IMG/VR virus record: IMGVR_UViG_3300025162_000019
Location: 74,826-138,825 of that record
Strand: one strand, 5' to 3'
DNA from: a virus
Taxonomy: Duplodnaviria; Heunggongvirae; Uroviricota; Caudoviricetes
DNA: 64,000 nucleotides
The notes under the pieces were generated by a model. It had not been told where the DNA came from. It saw nothing but the letters and a program-made list of their open reading frames with translations, and ran no database searches. Of the stretch, positions 47,094 through 57,798 are shown piece after piece. Positions within the stretch are counted from its first letter, which is position 1. Every line of letters starts with the position of its first letter. A program made the position numbers and the translations under genes.

Positions 47094-48146
47094 ATGTTAA
47101 GTTTAGATGTTGTGAATGATTTTATGTATGAGCACTTCTCTAAGGTGACTACATCAAAGAATGGGTCACATTTTCATGCTCGCTGCATACTTTGTGGCGA
47201 TTCCAAAACCAATCCAAACAAGAAGAGATTTCACCTAGAATATAATTCTGGGCAATCTGTATATCATTGTTTCAATTGTAATGCTTCTGGCTCATTTCTT
47301 GAACTATATTCTATACTTAAAAATATTTCAATCAATGAAGCAAAGAAAGAACTATATCAATATAATCCAGAAAATTTAATTCAAATCTTATCAACAAGAA
47401 AAAAAGAAAAATTTATAAAAGAAATTGAGCATGAAGTATTTAACTATATCTTAGATGATTGTGTTGGCTTAGATTATAATAATGGTGGCTATATTCAAAT
47501 GCAGTATAAAAGCAAGTTAAAACAATTTAAAAATGATAGAAAAATTCCTGATAATTTTAAGCTTTTTATTGCTTATAGAGGCGAATATCAAGGTAGGGTT
47601 CTTCTTCCAATTTATGATGGTAATGATATTGTTTATTTTCAAGGTAGACTGCTTGAGAATGATGATGATAGTGTAAAGTATAAAAATCCTACTTTACAAA
47701 AAGAAAGTATCATTCTAAATAAAGGTAAGTTTGATAGAAATAAATATATTGTGATTACTGAAGGTATCATTGATGCTCTTCAAATTGGAGATCAAGGGAC
47801 AAGTTGTTTAGGTGCGACAATTAGTAATGAATTTATTGAGGAACTATTAACTTTTACTGATATGGGTGTCATTATTGCACTTGACAATGATGAACGAGGT
47901 AAAAAGGAAATGGTTAAGTTTATAAAGACTAATAAATACGCCTCCAATGTGAGATATTTTTTATTTCCTAATAAATATAACTGTAAAGATTTTGGGGAGC
48001 TTGTAAATAAATATTCTGTAGATTCTCTATATGAGATGATTATTGAAAATTCACTTTCAAACTTTGAAGCTCTCATGAAATTGAAAATGGAGGATAGTGA
48101 TAATGAAATTAACACAAAAAGGAACGGATTATATAGAAATAAATGA
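47094..48146 (+). CDS. DNA primase (T4 gp61-like, zinc-binding + TOPRIM)
   Basis: CILCGDS...CFNC zinc motif; TOPRIM ITEGIIDAL...ALDNDERG. Confidence 0.65.
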   Translation: MLSLDVVNDFMYEHFSKVTTSKNGSHFHARCILCGDSKTNPNKKRFHLEYNSGQSVYHCFNCNASGSFLELYSILKNISINEAKKELYQYNPENLIQILSTRKKEKFIKEIEHEVFNYILDDCVGLDYNNGGYIQMQYKSKLKQFKNDRKIPDNFKLFIAYRGEYQGRVLLPIYDGNDIVYFQGRLLENDDDSVKYKNPTLQKESIILNKGKFDRNKYIVITEGIIDALQIGDQGTSCLGATISNEFIEELLTFTDMGVIIALDNDERGKKEMVKFIKTNKYASNVRYFLFPNKYNCKDFGELVNKYSVDSLYEMIIENSLSNFEALMKLKMEDSDNEINTKRNGLYRNK

Positions 48147-48555
48147 AGAATCATTAGATGATGATATAATATTAAAAATACCTAAAATACATTTAATTAA
48201 GTTAAACTTTAGAGAACCCACCAAAGAAAAAATAGAAGATGCCATACAGTTATTTTATAATACCAATAGATTTGTAATAGCTAATAACACGAAAATATAT
48301 AACGATACATTTAAGAATACGATTAAAAAATATTATGTTGAAAACCAACCAGACCAGAAATTGGTATCATTCTTTCGCAAAAATAATAAGGTTCTTTTAA
48401 ACTTCAGTAATGTAAATGAAATTGAATTTAAATTTTTAATTTATTCACTTCTTGATGTATTAAAAAATGTTGAAGTGGTTCAAATGCCTAAAAAAGTATA
48501 TCTGCAAAATATCCAATACTTTGAAAATTGGAATGGGAATGTGATAATAAATTAA
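48097..48555 (+). CDS. hypothetical protein
   Basis: 152 aa; overlaps primase 3' end. Confidence 0.4.
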   Translation: MIMKLTQKGTDYIEINEESLDDDIILKIPKIHLIKLNFREPTKEKIEDAIQLFYNTNRFVIANNTKIYNDTFKNTIKKYYVENQPDQKLVSFFRKNNKVLLNFSNVNEIEFKFLIYSLLDVLKNVEVVQMPKKVYLQNIQYFENWNGNVIIN

Positions 48556-49392
48556 ATGAAAATTCTTGCATTAGGCCCATATATGGGAAATTGGGAAAAT
48601 GAAATTTGTAATTTTTATCCATACGCTAAATGGTTATGTGAAATTGTAAAATATGATGATGTTTTTATAGCTACACATTCTAACAGAGTATTTTTATATG
48701 ATTGGATTAAAAAGAATAATCACTTAAATGTTTTTGAGAATCTAAGTCGTGACGAATTTTCACAGGTTGGTGCGACGCATAAGAATATATCACAGGAAGA
48801 TTATACACTTATTTATAAGAAGTTTAAAAATGATGTATCAAGGTATTCAGTAAGTGGCAAGAAAAATATAGAGGTGTATAACATTCAATATACACCTCAA
48901 AATGTATTTTATCCATATCATAATAAGATATATGCTAAAATACAAATTGATTATGAAGAAAATAAAGAAAATATTGTTTATATACCAGACATTAAAGAAG
49001 ATAAGAAAATTATAAACGAAATATATAATCAATTAATAAAGAAGTATAAAAATGTTGTTGTAGTAGGTGATATGAAAACGCATTTAAGCGACCATAATAT
49101 TATATTAAAACATAGTGATTATTTTCAAAATGGCTATAAGTATATATTAAAAGAAATGATGAATGCTAAGGCTGTAATATGCCCATTGGGCCATTGGTCT
49201 TTATTATGTAATATTCAAAAGATACCAGTATTTTCTTGGGGTATTCCTTCTGGCTTATATGGTGGATCAATGTATAACTTAGAGAATAGAAACTGTAAAA
49301 ACTATAGATATGATATAAGTATGACGCCAGAAAAATTAGTTAGAATGTTTGATTTTTTCTTGGAAAATATAAAAATTAGGAAGGAGAAGTAA
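48556..49392 (+). CDS. hypothetical protein, possibly GT9-like glycosyltransferase
   Basis: C-terminal AKAVICPLGHWSLLCNIQKIPVFSWG resembles heptosyltransferase motif; weak. Confidence 0.3.
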   Translation: MKILALGPYMGNWENEICNFYPYAKWLCEIVKYDDVFIATHSNRVFLYDWIKKNNHLNVFENLSRDEFSQVGATHKNISQEDYTLIYKKFKNDVSRYSVSGKKNIEVYNIQYTPQNVFYPYHNKIYAKIQIDYEENKENIVYIPDIKEDKKIINEIYNQLIKKYKNVVVVGDMKTHLSDHNIILKHSDYFQNGYKYILKEMMNAKAVICPLGHWSLLCNIQKIPVFSWGIPSGLYGGSMYNLENRNCKNYRYDISMTPEKLVRMFDFFLENIKIRKEK

Positions 49393-49393
49393 G

Positions 49394-49654
49394 ATGCCTT
49401 TATTTGATTACGAATGCCCAAAATGTGGTAATAAGTGTGAACTGTTTATTAATTTAAGTGAAATAAATGATGTTGTTCTATGTGCTGAATGTGATGTTGA
49501 AATGACACAAAAATTTCCTGATACGATGTCGTTTGAACTTAAATATAATCCTAAGAAAGATAAAGTTGGTTGGTCTTACGATGGTTATAGTACAACACAA
49601 AGATATAGAGAAACTGATAAAATGGCAAAACATAATATATTTCCTATGAGTTAA
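49394..49654 (+). CDS. FmdB-family zinc-ribbon protein
   Basis: YECPKCG...CAEC. Confidence 0.5.
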   Translation: MPLFDYECPKCGNKCELFINLSEINDVVLCAECDVEMTQKFPDTMSFELKYNPKKDKVGWSYDGYSTTQRYRETDKMAKHNIFPMS

Positions 49655-49664
49655 AGAGGTAACA

Positions 49665-50636
49665 ATGAAAAAAATATTTGAAAGTGCCACATTTTCAACT
49701 GGAATGGAAGGTGCTATAACTTTAGCTTGGAATGGTGAAGATTTAGGTAAGTATGAAAAGCAGAAAGAACTTGCCATAAAAACTGTAGAATACTTAAAAG
49801 ATAAGGGCTTAAAGGGGAAAGCTGAACATTTAACTAGTTATTACCCAACAACAGATTATTGGAAAGATATATTGAAAGGCTCTAAAACATCATCATCAAA
49901 AACAGATATAAAAATAGGAGATGCTAGAATTTCATTAAAAGTCGGCTCAGCTCAACTTATGTCTGGTGGTAAACAAGAATCAAACGCAACATTATATGCT
50001 GTAGCAAGTAAATTAAAACACAAAGAAGCTGTAGATAAAATATCAAATATTATCAATAATTTTGTTAAAGGTATAGCTGAAGATACAATAGGAAAAGCTA
50101 GAAAATATGATGACCTAATTAAAAAAGGTGATGACATACATAAACAGTTAAACGAAGCATTGACAAATTTATTTAATAGTGATAATAGTTTTAAGATTGC
50201 TTTTTTAAAAGAATCTGTAAGTGGTCAAATAAAATTTGGTGAAGATAATATTGCTTGTGCTAATTATATATTATCACTTAAAGATAAACAACCATATTTA
50301 AAGTATATTAATGATTCAACTATAAAAAGTATAGCTAGTCGTGTTAGAATAAATACATCCTATAAAACTGATAGTATGAGAGGAAAAAATATAGGTAAAT
50401 ATAGTTATAGATCAGTTTTAGGAATTTTAGTGGATAAAATTACTGAAGAACTTGAACATACAGACCTTAACACATTAAATGAAAGTATGTTAAGTGATTT
50501 CTGGCAGAAGATAAAAGACTTTGTTAGTGACCTAATGGGTAAAATAAAAGAATACCTTTCAACAAGTATAGAAAATGTTTTTAGTTTTTTAGAAATAGAG
50601 CCTGTTGTTGAAATGGAGGGAGAGATTGAACTATGA
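49665..50636 (+). CDS. hypothetical protein
   Basis: 323 aa. Confidence 0.4.
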   Translation: MKKIFESATFSTGMEGAITLAWNGEDLGKYEKQKELAIKTVEYLKDKGLKGKAEHLTSYYPTTDYWKDILKGSKTSSSKTDIKIGDARISLKVGSAQLMSGGKQESNATLYAVASKLKHKEAVDKISNIINNFVKGIAEDTIGKARKYDDLIKKGDDIHKQLNEALTNLFNSDNSFKIAFLKESVSGQIKFGEDNIACANYILSLKDKQPYLKYINDSTIKSIASRVRINTSYKTDSMRGKNIGKYSYRSVLGILVDKITEELEHTDLNTLNESMLSDFWQKIKDFVSDLMGKIKEYLSTSIENVFSFLEIEPVVEMEGEIEL

Positions 50637-51277
50637 GTATAAATGTTTTAGTACCGATGGACAATGAAAAAATTATAGCAAAAATAGAAAGTCAGTTAGA
50701 AACGGATGATACTTTAACAGTATTTAATTTACCTGCATATCCTGCTAGAATTATAGATTCCCTTTTCTCAAAAACAAAAAATGATAGAATATTATTTATT
50801 AGCCCATTTACTTTTGTTATTGCTGATAATTTTATAGAAATGTTTAGAAAAAATGATTTACCTTTTAATATGTATTTAAGAACATGGGGTGAAGAAATAA
50901 ATGATTTTGTAAAAGGATCAAAAGGAGATTTCAAATTTAGTGATTCCATATGCTTTTATAAAAATAAATATCTGAGAAATTTAACCGATTATTCTAATAC
51001 TTTATGTTTTGATGATATAATGAAATTATTTATCAAAACATCACATCTAAATATTTATGTACCTGATACAAGAATAGAAACTTGTAAGGTGATTGAAAAA
51101 CTTGAAGAGCTTGATGCGATTGATGAAACTAAAGAAATAGTACCTGAAGTGGTAGTTGATGAACCTGTACTTAAAAAATCTACGGCTAAAGCTAAAAAGG
51201 CATCTGTTAAAACAACTGAAAAGAAAACTGAAGAAGTTAATGTAAAGGAGTGCAATTCTAATAGCTGGATGGACTAA
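50633..51277 (+). CDS. hypothetical protein with Lys-rich tail
   Basis: 214 aa. Confidence 0.4.
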   Translation: MSINVLVPMDNEKIIAKIESQLETDDTLTVFNLPAYPARIIDSLFSKTKNDRILFISPFTFVIADNFIEMFRKNDLPFNMYLRTWGEEINDFVKGSKGDFKFSDSICFYKNKYLRNLTDYSNTLCFDDIMKLFIKTSHLNIYVPDTRIETCKVIEKLEELDAIDETKEIVPEVVVDEPVLKKSTAKAKKASVKTTEKKTEEVNVKECNSNSWMD

Positions 51278-52005
51278 TGAAAATTGTTATTTTTTCTTGT
51301 GGTTATAACTGTTCTAAATATGTTAAAAATCATTTAGATTCTGTAAAAAATCAGACATTTAAAGATTATGTACACATTCTCGTAGATGATTGCTCTGTTG
51401 ATGGGACATTGGATATAATTTGTCAAAATAGAGACAATAATATGTTTATTCATCGTACAGGTAAAAATCAAAAATGGATTCAAAATGCAATAAATTTTCT
51501 TTCAGTATCAGATGATGATATTGTTATTATATTAGACATGGATGATTGGCTTGCTGATATTCATGTCTTTGAAGATATTATAAAAGCATATGAAGAAACA
51601 AATTGCTGGATGACATACAGTAAATTCTATTATACATCCAAAAAATCAACATCAGATTGGATACCACCATATTCAGAACAAACGCTAAAAGATTCATCAT
51701 TTAGAAAAAGTATATGGTCATTCACGCATCTCAGAACCTTTAAAGGATTTCTCTGGAATAAACTCAACAAAGAAGATTTAAAAGATAAAAATGGTAAATA
51801 TTTCAAGTATGCTTATGACCAAGCTATATTCTTTCCTATGCTTGAAATGTCATCACCAGATAAAATCCAAAGAATAGATAAAGTTCAGTATATATACAAT
51901 GATAACAATCCTTTACAAGTAGAAAAGTTGAATCGTAAAGAGCAAGAAGAAATAGCAAAATGTGTAAGATCAAAAAAACCATATCAAAGGCTTATAAATG
52001 GATAG
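51277..52005 (+). CDS. GT2-family (GT-A) glycosyltransferase
   Basis: IVIFSCGYNC..VKNQTF..VHILVDDCSVDGT; DxD-like DMDD. Confidence 0.6.
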   Translation: MKIVIFSCGYNCSKYVKNHLDSVKNQTFKDYVHILVDDCSVDGTLDIICQNRDNNMFIHRTGKNQKWIQNAINFLSVSDDDIVIILDMDDWLADIHVFEDIIKAYEETNCWMTYSKFYYTSKKSTSDWIPPYSEQTLKDSSFRKSIWSFTHLRTFKGFLWNKLNKEDLKDKNGKYFKYAYDQAIFFPMLEMSSPDKIQRIDKVQYIYNDNNPLQVEKLNRKEQEEIAKCVRSKKPYQRLING

Positions 52006-53494
52006 AAGAATATTAATAATAAGTAATCTTTATAACTGTGAAAAGTATGTAGAAAAGCATATAAAAAGTATATTAAAACAATCATATAGTAACTGGAATC
52101 TAATTTTAATAAATGATGGCTGTACTGATAATACTGATAGAGCTGTAAGAAACTATATGCCAAAACTTCCTAAAATAGAATATGTTGTTAATGAATCTCA
52201 AAAGGGAATGGCATTAAATGTCTATAAAAATGTACTTAAATATACATCTGATGAAAATACTGATGATATAATTTATATAATGAATGGTGCTGATTGGCTA
52301 CCGCATGAGAATGTTTTCAAGCAACTAAATGAACTATATGAAAAGGGTTGTTTAGCAACTTGTGGCGGATCAATGCTAAGCAATAAAAAAAGATATTTCT
52401 ATAACTATTTCTATGACGATATTATTAATAAAATGTATAGAAAAGATGGAGAATTTTATAGTCCTGTAACATTTAACGCAATGTTATTTTATAAATTAAA
52501 AACTTATGACTTATTTAAAAATGATTATTCATCAATAGGTTGTTACAAAGAAGCTATTGAATATTCCATAATTGATATGGTGCCTAAGGAATCAATATCA
52601 TTTATTAAAAATGAACCAATATATGTTTTTAATGTTGAATATAATAAAAGAGAAAAATGCGATAAAGTTGCAAGAGAATATTATAAATCTCTATCATTTA
52701 ATGAAATAAATGTAGAACATGATAATATAGATGAAGAAGAAATACCTGAAGGTGATAATGTGCATTTTATAGTATTCGCATCAGGGTATAATTGTGAAAA
52801 ATGGATTAATAAACATATTGATAGTATATTGAGCCAGACATATAAAAATTTTACATATATTATTGTTGATGATCAAACAACAGATGGTACATATAAGAAG
52901 ATTTGCGAATATAAAGATGAAAGAATAAAAGTATATAGACCACTAGTAAATCAAAAATGGTGTAAAAATGCGTGGGATTATTTAAGGCCAAATATAGTAA
53001 ATGATGAAGATGTTGTTGTCGTTGTCGATTTAGATGACTGGCTTTCGCATGATACGGTACTAGAAAAATTAAATAAAATATACAAAAAAGAACATTGTTG
53101 GGTAACTTATGGTAGCCATACAAGAGTTAGTACTGAAAGAGCTAGAACTAATCCTGTATCACAAATAATTTTAGATAACAAATTATACAGAAACACAGAT
53201 TGGGAATACTCACATTTAAAAACATTTAAGGCATTTTTATATTTAAATATAGAAGAAAAAGATTTTAAATCATCTGATGGTGAATGGTTATTACACACAT
53301 ATGATAAAGCATTAATGTTTCCTATACTTGAAATGTCACCAGCGGATAAGATAAAGCATATAAAAGAGATATTGTATGTTTATAATAATGAAAATCCGCT
53401 AAATGTAGGTAAAGTAAACAGAAAAGATGGTAAAAAAACATATGGTGTATGGTTAAGAGAGCAGCCAGTATATCCAGAACTAGTGAGGGAATAA
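51998..53494 (+). CDS. tandem double GT2-family glycosyltransferase
   Basis: two copies of the GT-A N-terminal signature (ILIISNLYNCEKY...ILINDGCTDNTD and HFIVFASGYNCEKW...IIVDDQTTDGT). Confidence 0.6.
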   Translation: MDRRILIISNLYNCEKYVEKHIKSILKQSYSNWNLILINDGCTDNTDRAVRNYMPKLPKIEYVVNESQKGMALNVYKNVLKYTSDENTDDIIYIMNGADWLPHENVFKQLNELYEKGCLATCGGSMLSNKKRYFYNYFYDDIINKMYRKDGEFYSPVTFNAMLFYKLKTYDLFKNDYSSIGCYKEAIEYSIIDMVPKESISFIKNEPIYVFNVEYNKREKCDKVAREYYKSLSFNEINVEHDNIDEEEIPEGDNVHFIVFASGYNCEKWINKHIDSILSQTYKNFTYIIVDDQTTDGTYKKICEYKDERIKVYRPLVNQKWCKNAWDYLRPNIVNDEDVVVVVDLDDWLSHDTVLEKLNKIYKKEHCWVTYGSHTRVSTERARTNPVSQIILDNKLYRNTDWEYSHLKTFKAFLYLNIEEKDFKSSDGEWLLHTYDKALMFPILEMSPADKIKHIKEILYVYNNENPLNVGKVNRKDGKKTYGVWLREQPVYPELVRE

Positions 53495-54432
53495 TGAATA
53501 TACTTGTTGATGGTGGCGAAGGTCATGTTTTAACTCAAAGAATAACGCCATATTTAAATAAAATTGGGCATTCTATTGTTAAATATCCCTCTAACTATGA
53601 TATACATTTAGCTTTCGTTAGATTTTCATACAATTCTAATGTGCCTAGAATAGTTAGGATTGATGGTATATATTACGATACAGATATAAATTATAATAAT
53701 AGAAATTCTGGTATAAGTATGTCGCATTCATCAGCAAAAGGTATTATTTATCAAAGTGACTTTTCAAGAATGATGTGCGAAAGATATTTGAGCCCTCGTA
53801 AAAAAGATACTATATATTCTATAATTCATAATGGTATTGATCCAATGTGGTGCGGGGAATCAGTAGAACATAAAGCATTTAATATAGTTGTATCTGCAAA
53901 ATGGAGGCGTCATAAAAGATTATTAGAAACAATTAATATATTTTTAAAATTTAATAAAATCATACCAAATTCTAATCTTCTTATATTGGGTAAATTACAT
54001 GACAATAAAGAAATTAAACATTCCAACATAAAATACTTTGGTCATTTAGATTATATTCAAATGAAAGATGTATTCAAATATTCTGATGTATCTATGCACT
54101 TATCTAAAAAAGATTCATGCCCAAATACCGTTGTTGAAACAATTGGCGCTGGAATACCAACAATAACAACAAATTCATGTGGCGGTGCAGTTGAAATGTG
54201 TAAACTAACTGAAGGTTGTATTATTGTAGATGGCGATGGTTCATATTTAGATACTGATCCATGTAGACCATATAGTGATGAATATAATAAACTATCAAAG
54301 GAGGTAGAAGATAATTTAATTGAGGCATTATTAAAAATAGAAAAGGATAAACGACGAGTTATAGTACCAGAACAATTAACAGCTGAATACACAGCAAATA
54401 AATATGTCGAGCTTATAAAAAGTTGTATGTAA
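53494..54432 (+). CDS. GT-B glycosyltransferase (GT4-like)
   Basis: ETIGAGIPTITTNSCGGAVE donor-binding motif region; start overlaps upstream stop (TAATG). Confidence 0.5.
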   Translation: MNILVDGGEGHVLTQRITPYLNKIGHSIVKYPSNYDIHLAFVRFSYNSNVPRIVRIDGIYYDTDINYNNRNSGISMSHSSAKGIIYQSDFSRMMCERYLSPRKKDTIYSIIHNGIDPMWCGESVEHKAFNIVVSAKWRRHKRLLETINIFLKFNKIIPNSNLLILGKLHDNKEIKHSNIKYFGHLDYIQMKDVFKYSDVSMHLSKKDSCPNTVVETIGAGIPTITTNSCGGAVEMCKLTEGCIIVDGDGSYLDTDPCRPYSDEYNKLSKEVEDNLIEALLKIEKDKRRVIVPEQLTAEYTANKYVELIKSCM

Positions 54433-54440
54433 AAAACATA

Positions 54441-54469
54441 TTGACAATTAACCTCAGATATGTTAGAAT
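54441..54469 (+). promoter_or_regulatory. sigma-70-type promoter
   Basis: TTGACA-N17-TAGAAT with TG. Confidence 0.55.
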
Positions 54470-54491
54470 AATACATTAAAGGAGGTACTTA

Positions 54492-54998
54492 TTGATCTAC
54501 TTCGCATCAGATTACCATTTCAATCACTCGCAAATTATAGATTATTGTAAAAGACCATTTAAAGATGTAGAAGAAATGAACAATACAATAATAGAAAATC
54601 ATAATAGAATCGTTAAAGATGATGATATAGTAGTCTTTTTAGGAGATTTTTGTTTTAAAGATGGTATTGAATACCTAAGTAAAATGAAAGGTCATTTTCA
54701 ACTAATAAAAGGAAATCACGATAGAAGAAATGGTTTACCTTGTTTGTTTAAAAAAGCAATATTCACACAGTACAATTATAAAATAATGGTAGCACATGAT
54801 CCAGACACAGTATTTCCTGGCTTTGATTTATATTTTGTAGGCCATGTTCACGACCATTGGAAGTTTAAAAGAGTTATAAGAGATAAAAAGAAAATGGATA
54901 TGATAAATGTATCAGTAGATGTATGGGATTTTAAGCCAGTATCTATTGATCAACTTGTTAATTTTTATAGAGAATGTAAAACGAATGGGAGAAAATAA
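54492..54998 (+). CDS. metallophosphoesterase (calcineurin-like)
   Basis: DYHFNH, LGDF, GNHD, GHVHDH motifs; TTG start after AAAGGAGG. Confidence 0.6.
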   Translation: MIYFASDYHFNHSQIIDYCKRPFKDVEEMNNTIIENHNRIVKDDDIVVFLGDFCFKDGIEYLSKMKGHFQLIKGNHDRRNGLPCLFKKAIFTQYNYKIMVAHDPDTVFPGFDLYFVGHVHDHWKFKRVIRDKKKMDMINVSVDVWDFKPVSIDQLVNFYRECKTNGRK

Positions 54999-54999
54999 T

Positions 55000-55374
55000 A
55001 TGATAGAAGAAATTGTTGATGATGTAGAAATTGTTTTGGGCACTGTAATTGATTTAAAAGGATTTTCTTTGGGATTTATAAAGAACATTCAAGAGGCATT
55101 AAAAGTCAATTCATCCTTTCAGGATTTCCAAGACGATTTTGATAAGGGAATGTATACGGATGAAATGGAAGCATACCTTAATGACAATACTAGTGAGTTT
55201 AAAGTATGTTATGATGATATAAATGAATCGTTTATATTTTACATTCCCATGAACTCAGAAGATATTGAAGATAAAACTATCAGAGAACTAAAAGAAAAAT
55301 TGATTGGTGATATGGAAATATTTACTTTATTTATATCATATGATGATGTAGATATTTTTGCACTAGAGGATTAA
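55000..55374 (+). CDS. acidic hypothetical protein
   Basis: RBS GGGAGAAAA. Confidence 0.4.
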   Translation: MIEEIVDDVEIVLGTVIDLKGFSLGFIKNIQEALKVNSSFQDFQDDFDKGMYTDEMEAYLNDNTSEFKVCYDDINESFIFYIPMNSEDIEDKTIRELKEKLIGDMEIFTLFISYDDVDIFALED

Positions 55375-55375
55375 C

Positions 55376-56341
55376 ATGGATAGATTTATATGGAAAAATG
55401 GTGAGATTCTACCTGAATATGAAGCAACAGTGAGTATATATGATTCTGCAATGATGCTTGGCGATACAATTTTTACTATGCTCAGAACATTCAATAAAGA
55501 ATTATACCTCATTGATGAACACCTTGAAAGATTATTTGATAACTTAAAATACGTTAGAATGTCTATACCATATGATAAATATGAAATAAAAAATGCACTA
55601 TATGATGTAATGGATGCCAATAAGTTCAATGATGATGATGAACACAGACTGATGATAAACTGCACGCGGGGTTTATTATCACTATATCAAGATGTTGAAC
55701 ACTCTAAAGGCCCTAATGTTATAATTGCCGATTTTCCCTTAAAATGGACGGTAGCAGGAATGGGAAAGCTATTCGATGAAGGTATCAATATGATAACCCC
55801 AAATCAAAGGTCTATCCCTTCTCGTTTGCTTGATGCTAAAGTAAAATGTAGATCAAGATTACATTACCTAATGGCTAATATTGAAGTATCACAATATGCA
55901 GGTGAAAATAACTGGGCATTATTGTTAGACGAAGATGGATTTGTAGCAGAAGGAACCGGTGATAACTTCTTTATTGTTAAAGATAAGATTATATATACAC
56001 CTGAACCTCGTAATATACTTAGAGGTATTACAAGAAAAAGAATAATGAAAATGGCTCATGTAGTCGAAAAAAATATTGATATATATGATGTAATGACTGC
56101 TGATGAAGCGTTTATTTCAGGTACGCCTTTTGTTGTTCTACCAGTAGTATCATTAAATGGTGTTAAAATAGGAACAGGTAAAACAAAAGACTATACAGAG
56201 TTTTGGTATTTATTATCAAAATGGTGCTGCGAATATGGTGTTAATATTAAAGAGCAAATACAAGAATGGGATAAAAAATATGTAGAACTACAATCAAGAA
56301 AAGGTGCTTCACCATATAAATTTAAGGAGAATAAAATATGA
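55376..56341 (+). CDS. class IV (fold type IV) PLP-dependent aminotransferase/lyase
   Basis: FIWKNGEIL...SIYDSAMMLGDTIFTMLRT N-terminal signature; 321 aa. Confidence 0.55.
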   Translation: MDRFIWKNGEILPEYEATVSIYDSAMMLGDTIFTMLRTFNKELYLIDEHLERLFDNLKYVRMSIPYDKYEIKNALYDVMDANKFNDDDEHRLMINCTRGLLSLYQDVEHSKGPNVIIADFPLKWTVAGMGKLFDEGINMITPNQRSIPSRLLDAKVKCRSRLHYLMANIEVSQYAGENNWALLLDEDGFVAEGTGDNFFIVKDKIIYTPEPRNILRGITRKRIMKMAHVVEKNIDIYDVMTADEAFISGTPFVVLPVVSLNGVKIGTGKTKDYTEFWYLLSKWCCEYGVNIKEQIQEWDKKYVELQSRKGASPYKFKENKI

Positions 56342-56997
56342 AAAATATCTCAGTTGTAATACCCGCAAGAGGCGGAAGTGTAGGAATACCAAATAAGAAT
56401 ATGATGCTGATAAATAATAGACCATTATTAACATATACTATAGAAAAAGCATTAAATCTAAATGCTGACAATATTTATGTAAGTACAAATGATGAAGATA
56501 TAAAAAACTATGTCAATAATAATTATAGAAATATTATTATTGATGATAGACCAGATGAACTAGCAACAAGTGCATCGACAATGGAAGAACTTATATCGTA
56601 TATGTTAGGAAAATATAACATGGATATATTAATTCTATTACAACCCACATCACCGCAAATTGATGCCGAATATATACATAAAGGTGTTCTTGATGTTTTA
56701 AGAGGTTATGATTCAGCACTTAGTATCTATAGAACGGATGAAAATGATGTTTTAATGTGGGATTTGGATACAAAAATACCTTTAAACTATGATCTAAAAA
56801 ATCGTGGAAATAGACAGGAAAGAAAAGATAAATATGCTGTTGAAACTGGTGGCTTTTATATTACTACTAAAGAACAATTTATAACAAGTAATTGTAGAAT
56901 AGGTGGTAATATTTCATTCATTGAAATCCCATTTTGGCAATCGTTTGAGATAGATGAAATGATAGATGCTCTAATGATAGCAAAACTAATGAGGTAA
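56338..56997 (+). CDS. acylneuraminate cytidylyltransferase-like (NeuA/CMP-nonulosonate synthetase family)
   Basis: VVIPARGGSVGIPNKN. Confidence 0.6.
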   Translation: MKNISVVIPARGGSVGIPNKNMMLINNRPLLTYTIEKALNLNADNIYVSTNDEDIKNYVNNNYRNIIIDDRPDELATSASTMEELISYMLGKYNMDILILLQPTSPQIDAEYIHKGVLDVLRGYDSALSIYRTDENDVLMWDLDTKIPLNYDLKNRGNRQERKDKYAVETGGFYITTKEQFITSNCRIGGNISFIEIPFWQSFEIDEMIDALMIAKLMR

Positions 56998-57000
56998 AAT

Positions 57001-57798
57001 ATGCTAAATGGTCTTGGATATACGAATGTAGAATTAAGCTCAGTATGTAATAAAAGTTGCTGGATGTGTGGAAGGCGTAAAAGAGATAAAGAACAACGTG
57101 GCGATGAATATGGATTTATGGAATATGAAACTGCTATAAAAATTGCAAATGAAATACCAGCTGGAACCATGATTCAGTTGCATAATAATGGTGAAGGTCT
57201 TATGCATCCAGAATTTGGTAAGATGTTAAAATTATTTAAACATTGTATAACTAATATTGTATCTAATGGAAAACTTATACTTAAAAAAGCCGATGAAATA
57301 ATTGATCATCTTGATATACTTACAATTTCTATCATACAAGGTGATGATGGTGAAGAACAAATAGATCAATATACTATATTAAAAAAGTTTTTACTATTAA
57401 AAGGTGATAAAAAACCTAATGTTATTTTAAGATTTCTTGGTGATTGTGATGAGAGAACTTATAATGATTTTAACTTACTTCATGTAAATAGAGTTTTACA
57501 TATACCTGATGGAAGTAGAAATTATACTAAAACACCTACCATACCAGAACATGGAGTCTGCACAGACCTCTTAAATCATCTTGCTATTGATCGTCACGGT
57601 GATGTGAGTTGCTGTGTTAGATTTGATCCTAATAGAATGCTTGTATTAGGCAATATAATGTATTCTTCTTTAGATGAATTATGGAATTGCGAAAAAAGAT
57701 TAAGTATGATTAAAAAACACATAGAGGGCAAACGATCAGAAGTGCCGTATTGCGGTAATCAATGCGAGTTCTGGGGCATTGCAACTTCGGGAAAATAA
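57001..57798 (+). CDS. radical SAM enzyme with C-terminal Cys-rich (SPASM/twitch-like) region
   Basis: CNKSCWMC; C-terminal CCVRF...CGNQCEF. Confidence 0.55.
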   Translation: MLNGLGYTNVELSSVCNKSCWMCGRRKRDKEQRGDEYGFMEYETAIKIANEIPAGTMIQLHNNGEGLMHPEFGKMLKLFKHCITNIVSNGKLILKKADEIIDHLDILTISIIQGDDGEEQIDQYTILKKFLLLKGDKKPNVILRFLGDCDERTYNDFNLLHVNRVLHIPDGSRNYTKTPTIPEHGVCTDLLNHLAIDRHGDVSCCVRFDPNRMLVLGNIMYSSLDELWNCEKRLSMIKKHIEGKRSEVPYCGNQCEFWGIATSGK

